The translations under genes were made by a program, and so were the position numbers. Shown here piece after piece: positions 57,389 through 64,000 of a stretch of DNA of 64,000 nt. Source of the DNA: an uncultured Bacteroidales bacterium (GTDB taxonomy: Bacteria > Bacteroidota > Bacteroidia > Bacteroidales > VadinHA17); contig CAVXUP010000002.1 of assembly GCA_963765005.1 (NCBI GenBank), positions 279,607 to 343,606 on the forward strand, written 5' to 3'. Under the pieces are notes generated by a model that was not told where the DNA came from, did no database searches, and worked only from the letters and a program-made list of their open reading frames with translations. Numbering within the stretch: the first letter of the stretch is position 1; each line of letters starts with the position of its first letter.

Positions 57389-59944
57389 TCAGAGATTGGC
57401 AATTGTTGTAAAGGATTTTGAATAATCTGTGTTATATAATAATTTGTATTCCCTTGAAAAATGGTCATATACTTCCTTGGCCACAGTATGCCTGCCCAGA
57501 ATAATCGAGGCTTTACATTTGTTTTGCATAGCTTCTTCATTAACCCCGTCGAAATTAAAGATGGCATCTGCAACCTGAATAACGTGTTCAGGCTGATCTT
57601 CAATTACCAGGATTCTTTCATAACGAACAAGCCTGTCTATCATCTCGTTGGAAACAGCAACCCTGAACTCATCAAGCCATTTATACCTGAGGTTGCTTAA
57701 CAGCGCCCCCCTGTGTCCGAATTCGATAAGCTTAAGCATATTAGGCTTTGAGATCTCAGTTTTTGCATTAACGATCTTAATAAATTCGTAATAGTCATTT
57801 ATAACATGCTTGCTTTTATAATCAATTTTCCAGTAGCCAGTCTCCTTGTAGGATAAATCGCACCAAAGCTCCTTTGTAAGTATGGCTCTGAGTTTTGCAA
57901 TGTTTACTGCTTTATTGTTATTTGCGCTGCTTTCAGAGAACCCGTGCCAGAGAATTTCAGTGATCTTTTCATTTGAAATGCCCATGTCATTCTTTATCGA
58001 GTTAAACCATATCAGGAGGAAGAGCTCTTTGAGGAGAGGTGTGAATTTTCGGGTAATATCAGTTCCTGCTGAATTGATAATCTGGAAATCGCCAAAGAAA
58101 TGAACTGAGCATGACAGTCCCTTTGAGGAAGAGTTTTGAAGAATTGCATTTGGAGAACTTTCATCCTGCATCTTTTCAGAGCCTCTTCTTTTCCTCCTGG
58201 AAGATATGTAGAGATGGGTACTGATTATTATAAATAAACACAAAAGGAAAATCGCTGCATATTTTATTAAGCTCCTGCCTGGTCCGGCAGTTTCATTAAT
58301 TGAATTCGCGTTGTCAGGAGGAAAGCCAAGAGAATAGATCTTCACGCGCGATTTGCCCTCCTCGTTCTGAAGAGTAACTGCGAGCAACTTCTTGTTTTGT
58401 TTGCAGTAAAACAGATCTGAATATGAGACAATATCAAGAAACTGATATGGTATCTGGCTCCCCATCAATGAGATCCCCGGCTTGTCGAGCGAACCCTTTA
58501 TCAGCTGAAGATAACCGTCATAACTGAAGATCGGGAATCCAAGAACATAAAATGACCTGTCATCTGTATTAATCACCATAGAATTTGAAAATGCAAAATC
58601 CTCATCACGAGACGGGATCTCAGACTTTTTAACAAAAGAATTGTTCTTTAAAGAGTACGCCATAAGATCATTTAAGCTGTGCGGGTTCAGTATTTGTTCT
58701 CCTGTAGCACTTCCAAATCCTCCCAGAATATATACTGTGTCGTTTAAGTAGCCCAGGGCGGCCAGATATCTGGGATTAAAAAAATCGCCAGTCGGTTTCA
58801 GAACCGTCATCGACTTGCTGACTAAATCGTATTTCTGTAAAAGGTTCTTGTATCTATGGTGCCCGTATCCGCCAAAGAAATAGACAGAACTGTCTGAAGC
58901 GGAGAAAAACTTATTGTAATGTGCAAAATCTGCATCTTTTATGTTAGGGTTCAGATCCTCTGACCAGGTAAGAGTATTAAAATCAAAAACTGACACAGAT
59001 GGTTTATCAATATCAAGACAGTAGAGCAGGTCTGACTTAGTATCATATACTGCCTGGCGCTGTGGTAAAAGGTTTGAATTTAAGTTTTTTGGAGTGAACC
59101 TGATTTCAGTGTTATTCCTGACGGAGAATTTTATAATCTCATCCGGCCCTGCAATAATTAAATCCTCATTATCAGGATCAAATGCCAGTTGCAGATTGCC
59201 TTCAGCTTCAAGAGTATATAATTCTCTCCAGTTGTAATGTTCAGATTTAAGCCACATAGGCTGTACCGCTGAGGCAGTATTATTTCCTTCAGTATCTTTT
59301 GCAGTGTTGCCTGTGAGTTCATCGAGAGGCCAATGATGAATTACTTTCTTGTTTTCTGAAATTCTTATATCCTTTACATTCATCGCAGGAACGTCAGTAG
59401 TCCTGAATTTTTCATAATTGCATATCCCAAAGGACAATCGCGCCTTATCTCCCTTCCTGAGAGCAAGTCCGTTGACTGTTATTGAGGAATCAGGCAGAAC
59501 AAAAGTAATTTCACTGTTTCCGGTATTGAGGATAAATCTGAAATCTTTCCAGTTTGAGCAAAGATCATTGAAATCTGTTTTCAGTTTAATGAGAAGTTTC
59601 TGATCCTGTACCAGGGTAAAAAACGCATTATTGATGCCATTAAAATTATAAATGAGGTCAATATTTCCGTTCTCGGTTATTAGTCTGAATACATAACCGA
59701 AATAATGTTTCTCGTCTGCCCTTAGAATGAAACTGAATGAGAGCTCAAAGTTGTCTTTTATCAGAAAGGGCTTGTCAGGAGTCAGGTTAAGTCCGGTTCT
59801 GAGATCCTTCGACTTTCCATAAGAATAAAATCCCAGACCGGAGATTTGCGACAAAACAAGCTCATTTGAAATCGTCAGAAGAATTCCAATGAATATCACA
59901 AGAAACTGATATTTTAAGCAACTTCTTGTTTTGTTTGAGCGCAT
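57389..59944 (-). CDS. Membrane-spanning one-component transcriptional regulator: LamG-like and Kelch-like extracytoplasmic part, TM helix, cytoplasmic OmpR/SARP-type winged helix plus BTAD-like domain
   Basis: 851 aa, unbroken frame. Hydrophobic segments FLVIFIGILLTI (N-terminus) and YAAIFLLCLFIIISTHLYI followed by RRKRRG. Kelch-like VYFFGGYG / VYILGGFG. C-terminal FFGDFQI...LLKELFLLIW...ITEILW...AVNIAKLR. Divergent from susC. Confidence 0.65.
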   Translation of the reverse strand: MRSNKTRSCLKYQFLVIFIGILLTISNELVLSQISGLGFYSYGKSKDLRTGLNLTPDKPFLIKDNFELSFSFILRADEKHYFGYVFRLITENGNIDLIYNFNGINNAFFTLVQDQKLLIKLKTDFNDLCSNWKDFRFILNTGNSEITFVLPDSSITVNGLALRKGDKARLSFGICNYEKFRTTDVPAMNVKDIRISENKKVIHHWPLDELTGNTAKDTEGNNTASAVQPMWLKSEHYNWRELYTLEAEGNLQLAFDPDNEDLIIAGPDEIIKFSVRNNTEIRFTPKNLNSNLLPQRQAVYDTKSDLLYCLDIDKPSVSVFDFNTLTWSEDLNPNIKDADFAHYNKFFSASDSSVYFFGGYGHHRYKNLLQKYDLVSKSMTVLKPTGDFFNPRYLAALGYLNDTVYILGGFGSATGEQILNPHSLNDLMAYSLKNNSFVKKSEIPSRDEDFAFSNSMVINTDDRSFYVLGFPIFSYDGYLQLIKGSLDKPGISLMGSQIPYQFLDIVSYSDLFYCKQNKKLLAVTLQNEEGKSRVKIYSLGFPPDNANSINETAGPGRSLIKYAAIFLLCLFIIISTHLYISSRRKRRGSEKMQDESSPNAILQNSSSKGLSCSVHFFGDFQIINSAGTDITRKFTPLLKELFLLIWFNSIKNDMGISNEKITEILWHGFSESSANNNKAVNIAKLRAILTKELWCDLSYKETGYWKIDYKSKHVINDYYEFIKIVNAKTEISKPNMLKLIEFGHRGALLSNLRYKWLDEFRVAVSNEMIDRLVRYERILVIEDQPEHVIQVADAIFNFDGVNEEAMQNKCKASIILGRHTVAKEVYDHFSREYKLLYNTDYSKSFTTIANL

Positions 59945-60275
59945 TCAAAAATAGTTTTAATTATAAAATTTCAACTTTTCATTCCAGATCAAAATGGGCT
60001 CTCTCCACAAAAATAAAAAACGAATTGCGGAAACCGTAAATATCAGGTTTAATTTGCAATTTCTGGTAAATTTTCAGTAAGTACTTAGCATTATACTTCG
60101 CTAAATTATGCTGTTTAATAAATTTTTAATGATTAATTAATGGCATTAATGAGTTCTTAAGGTATAATTAATTATTATAAAAAGTATCGGTTAATTATTG
60201 ATTTTTATGAATAGGCAGAAGTTTCTCACATGTAGTTTTATGCAAAGACTAAATTCTTAACCAAAACTTCTATCT

Positions 60276-63200
60276 ATGAATGAAAAAATGAGTTATCCTT
60301 CGGAAGAAGGTGTCTGTGCAAATCTCTGGAGAAAGATAAGGTTGTCCTTATTTCTCCTTTGTGTATTTATGCTTCCTGCCGTCGCAGGGGCAGTGCCTGA
60401 AGGTGGCGATAACCCTATGCAGCAGATCAGTATCAAAGGGAAGGTCATTGATAATGAAACCCTTGAAGCATTGCCAGGGGTCAACGTTGTTATAAAAGGT
60501 ACAACTCTTGGAAAAATAACTGACGTTAACGGTGAATTTTCAATTGAGGTACCTAATAATGATGTAATACTTACTTTCTCTTTTATGGGGTATGTTCTTC
60601 AGGAAATTCCTGTTAAAGGGATGACTGTGATCAATGTTAACATGAAATCTGCCCTGACAGGGCTTGACGAGGTTGTGGTTGTCGGATATGGGACCCAGAA
60701 GAAAGCTACCTTAACAGGGGCTGTAGCTTCAATCAAAAGTGAGCAACTTTCTGTCACTAAAAACGAAAACGTGGTAAATATGTTGACCGGTAAATTGCCG
60801 GGGGTACGTGTAGTTCAAAAGAGTGCCGCCCCGGGCGACTTACAATACCCTTATTGACATCCGTGGTATGGGTACACCTTTGTTTGTCATCGACGGGGTG
60901 ACACGCGACCAGGATTATTTTGCCCGTATGGACCCTGCAGAAATCGACAACATTTCAGTATTGAAAGACGGTTCAGCGGCCATCTATGGTTTGCGTGCAG
61001 CAAACGGTGTTATTCTGGTCACTACAAAAAGCGGTAGTTTCGCAACAGGGGAAAGTGGATATCACCTATACCGGCAGTTATTACCATGCAACAGTTCCTT
61101 TATGTGCCGGAAGGGGTTGACGCCCTGGATTATATGATGCTTGCGCAACGAATCAATCTTCCAGAACTTCACCAATAACTATCTGGTGCGCCAGGCCCCG
61201 TATTTCAGTCAGGCCCAGATGCAGCCTTACGTCGACGGGAAACCGTCCTACAACTGGATGGACGCCATATTTAATAAGAACACCCCGCAGCAACAGCATA
61301 ATTTAAGCATAAACGGGGGAAACGAGAAATTACGTTATTTCATGAGTCTGGGTTACTTTACACAGGAAGGTTCATACTCAAGCGGCGATTATTACTTCCG
61401 ACCGCTGGAATTTCCGTTCAACTGTTGATGCCCAGATTACAAAGCGTTTGAAAGCAAAGGTTACGATAGGTGCTATCCTCGACAAAACCACAATGCCAAA
61501 CGGAACCGGTTGGTCGACCTATAAATCAGCATGGCTGATGCGCCCCGATGCCCCGATCTATGCAAACGACAACACCTCATATCTTAATGGCGATGCTTCA
61601 TTGTTGTACGATGGGCATAATATGGTTGCAGAAGATCAATTCGGACCTTGTTGGTTATAATATTAACAATGGGCGCCGGGTTAACGGTACCTTGCAATTA
61701 TCCTACGACATACCCGGAGTAAAAGGCTTGTCGGCAAAAGGGTCCTTCGACTATGCCACCAGCCTGCCCGACTATACTGCATATCACAGCAGTTATTTCC
61801 TCTATATATATAACCCTGTTACCGAGGATTATACGCCCACTACAAAAGGAGCGCCTTCAACAATACAGCGAAGTTCCAACATCAATTACAATACCGATTT
61901 GCAGCTGGGCTTGCACTATAACAACAGGTTTGGCAATAATAATATCAACAGCTTTCTTATCTTCGAACAAGCCTACTATAATTGGGACAGTTATAGCGCT
62001 TACCGCGAATTACTTATTGCATCAGAGTACCTGTTTGCCGGTGAAGACCTGAACCAGAGAGCCCAGGGTGGCACTCCCGGCGACCGTGCAAGCCAGTCTC
62101 TCATAGGTTCGTTAAACTACGATTACAGCGGGAAATACCTGTTTGATTTCAGATTCCGTTACGATGGTTCTTCCCGTTTTCCGGAAGGCAGCCGCTGGGG
62201 GTTCTTCCCGTCAGTTTCAGCAGGATGGCGCCTCAGTGAGGAAAGTTTTATTAAAGATAACGTTTCTGTGATAAGTAATTTAAAACTCAGGGCTTCTTAC
62301 GGTGAAATGGGCGACGACGGATCAGCAGCCAACTATCCGCCAACCTTAGGTTATAGCATTGCGCCTGCTACCGGATCGAGTAGTATTGGATGGCAGTTTG
62401 CCAATATTTTGAGCGGAGGTGTTACACCACAGGCTCTTCCCAACCCTAACCTGACCTGGTACGAAATAAAGATGTACAACGCAGCTATTGATTTTGGTCT
62501 ATTTAAAAATAAGCTGAGTGGCACATTTGAAGTATACAGACGCGACCGCACCGGTTTGCTGGCAACCAGCGCATCAGTTGTTCCCGGTACCGTTGGAGCT
62601 GCCCTGCCCCAGGAGAACCTGAACTCCGATCGTAATTTCGGATGGGAATTTTCTCTTGATTACCGTGATAAGATCGGTAATCTCAATTATTATATAAGCC
62701 CGCAAATATCCCATACAAGGACTATGCGTACCTATTGGCTTGAAACGACAGCCAACAACCAGTTCGACTATTGGCGCAACCGTACCAGCGGACGATATAA
62801 CGAGATCTGGTGGGGTAACGAATCACAACACATGTTTACAAGCATGGAGGAAATCCGGAACTACAACCTTCCTATGGGACAGGGATCAACACCCGGCGAC
62901 TGGATTCTTAATGACTGGAATGGTGATGGTGTAATTGACGGCAATGATACCCACCCGATCGCTACAAATGGCCTACCCAAGTTTAACTATGGCATTAATC
63001 TGGGAGCATCCTGGAAGGACTTTGATCTGGCAATGAATTTCCAGGGAGCATACGGGGCTTATAACCAGTATGGCGAGCTGCTTATTCAGCCTTTGCCTTT
63101 CAGCGGACAAAATACCTTGTCATATTTTCTGGACAGGTGGCGTCCGGCAGATCCCAATGCCGATTATTTCAGCCCTGCAACAGAATGGATACCTGGGTTT

Positions 63201-63503
63201 TATCCGGTTACCGGTCATGACGGCCGCCGGACAGGTACTAATCTTGTACAGAATTCTTCCTACCTGCGTTTAAAGACACTGGAACTTGGTTACACCTTAC
63301 CTCAGAAATTAATGTCAAAGGTGAATGTAAAGAGTTTTAGAGTCTATGTCAGTGGATATAACCTTTTAACATTTACAAAACTTGAAAATGTAGATCCCGA
63401 ACGTCAGGGCGCTGATCCAACGACTAATTCAACACCCTATGTGGATTTCTATAGCTATCCGGTAAATAAGACATTTACAATTGGGGCAAGCATTAAATTC
63501 TAA
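60276..63503 (+). pseudogene. susC: SusC/RagA-family transporter, at least 4 frameshifts
   Basis: Fragments 60276-60857, 60823-61137, 61141-61428, 61448-61660 and 61548-63503 are colinear with a SusC (ISIKGKVIDNETLEALPGVNVVIKGT, VVVVGYGTQKK, ISVLKDGSAAIYGLRAANGVILVTTK, C-terminal IKF). Confidence 0.8.
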
Positions 63504-63506
63504 AAA

Positions 63507-64000
63507 ATGAGAATTATGAAAATTAAACTTATATTATTTATAGCAATTTTTGGGTTTGTCATTTCTTCATGCAATAAACTGGAGTTGGAACCCAAAGGGA
63601 TTTTAGGAGAACCGGAACTGTTCGGTACTTCAGATGGCGTTCGGAAATATTTTATCCAGCTCTATATGAAACTTCCGATAGAAGATTTCATTTATTATGC
63701 AAATGCTAGCATTATAACCCGGGCAACAACAACTCCTGGCAGGCTTATAAAAATAGCCCAGGGACAAATGAGCGGTGAGATCTTTGGCTGGAACGTAGCG
63801 ATGAAAAGTGATGGTTTTGGTTACTGGCCATACAGCCAAATTCGCATTGTGAACACTTTTATTAATAATTTCCCCAATTATAAGGATAAGTATGATAATG
63901 CTACCTATAACTCTTTAATGGGCGAAGCCCATTTCCTCCGCGCTTTCTTTTACCAGGGAATGGCCAAACGTTACGGAGGTGTGCCGATAATAACCGAAGT
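63507..64000 (+). CDS. susD: SusD/RagB-family lipoprotein (5-prime partial, runs off the window)
   Basis: Hand-translated open frame from ATG 63507: MRIMKIKLILFIAIFGFVISSCNK... (lipobox), later EAHFLRAFFYQGMAKRYGGVP. It starts 3 nt after the susC stop. Confidence 0.8.
   Translation, partial: MRIMKIKLILFIAIFGFVISSCNKLELEPKGILGEPELFGTSDGVRKYFIQLYMKLPIEDFIYYANASIITRATTTPGRLIKIAQGQMSGEIFGWNVAMKSDGFGYWPYSQIRIVNTFINNFPNYKDKYDNATYNSLMGEAHFLRAFFYQGMAKRYGGVPIITE

Overview
The window reads as a Bacteroidota chromosomal segment. It has two SusC/SusD pairs, many signal-peptide or lipoprotein CAZymes, TTTG-N18-TAnnTTTG-type promoter motifs and no Shine-Dalgarno signals. I recognised no rRNA, tRNA, CRISPR array, transposase or integrase.

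Gene content by region:
- 0-18.4 kb: a MerR/B12-type regulator, then a pectin (rhamnogalacturonan-I) side-chain cluster. It holds a Ser-type sulfatase, a TonB-dependent receptor, DUF1080, GH43, 2x GH105, a GH106-like gene, CE12 and a PL11 lyase broken by two frameshifts.
- 18.5-19.3 kb: an AT-rich two-gene toxin-antitoxin-like insert (HigA-type HTH fusion plus a truncated AbiEii-like nucleotidyltransferase).
- 19.4-37.5 kb: GH2, a DUF5009 acyltransferase, an intact SusC/SusD pair, an EEP-family protein, a nucleotidase, a phosphotriesterase-like protein, GH31, DUF6807 and NIPSNAP.
- 37.6-45 kb: a minus-strand aromatic amino acid cluster (pheA, aminotransferase, tyrA, DAHP synthase/chorismate mutase, aroA, then a stand-alone trpB2).
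- 45-64 kb: a second glycan locus with 2x GH92, 3 Ser-type sulfatases, 2 tandem unassigned glycosidase paralogs, an 851-aa membrane-spanning regulator and SusC/SusD. Most of its genes are riddled with reading-frame breaks.

Most interesting observations:
1. The intact LamG/Kelch-TM-wHTH/BTAD one-component regulator sits divergent from susC. This is an unusual PUL control architecture.
2. Two hand-found leader-peptide attenuators: a W-S-W leader with a perfect terminator before trpB2, and a 12/21 Phe/Tyr leader with a GC hairpin before pheA.
3. A pervasive family of intergenic word-array tandem repeats and hairpins occupies almost every 3-prime spacer. Words are shared between loci and stem changes are compensatory.
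4. Frame breaks are strongly regional: about 4 in 45 kb against at least two dozen in 18 kb.

All family calls come from motif recognition by eye. No database search was run.
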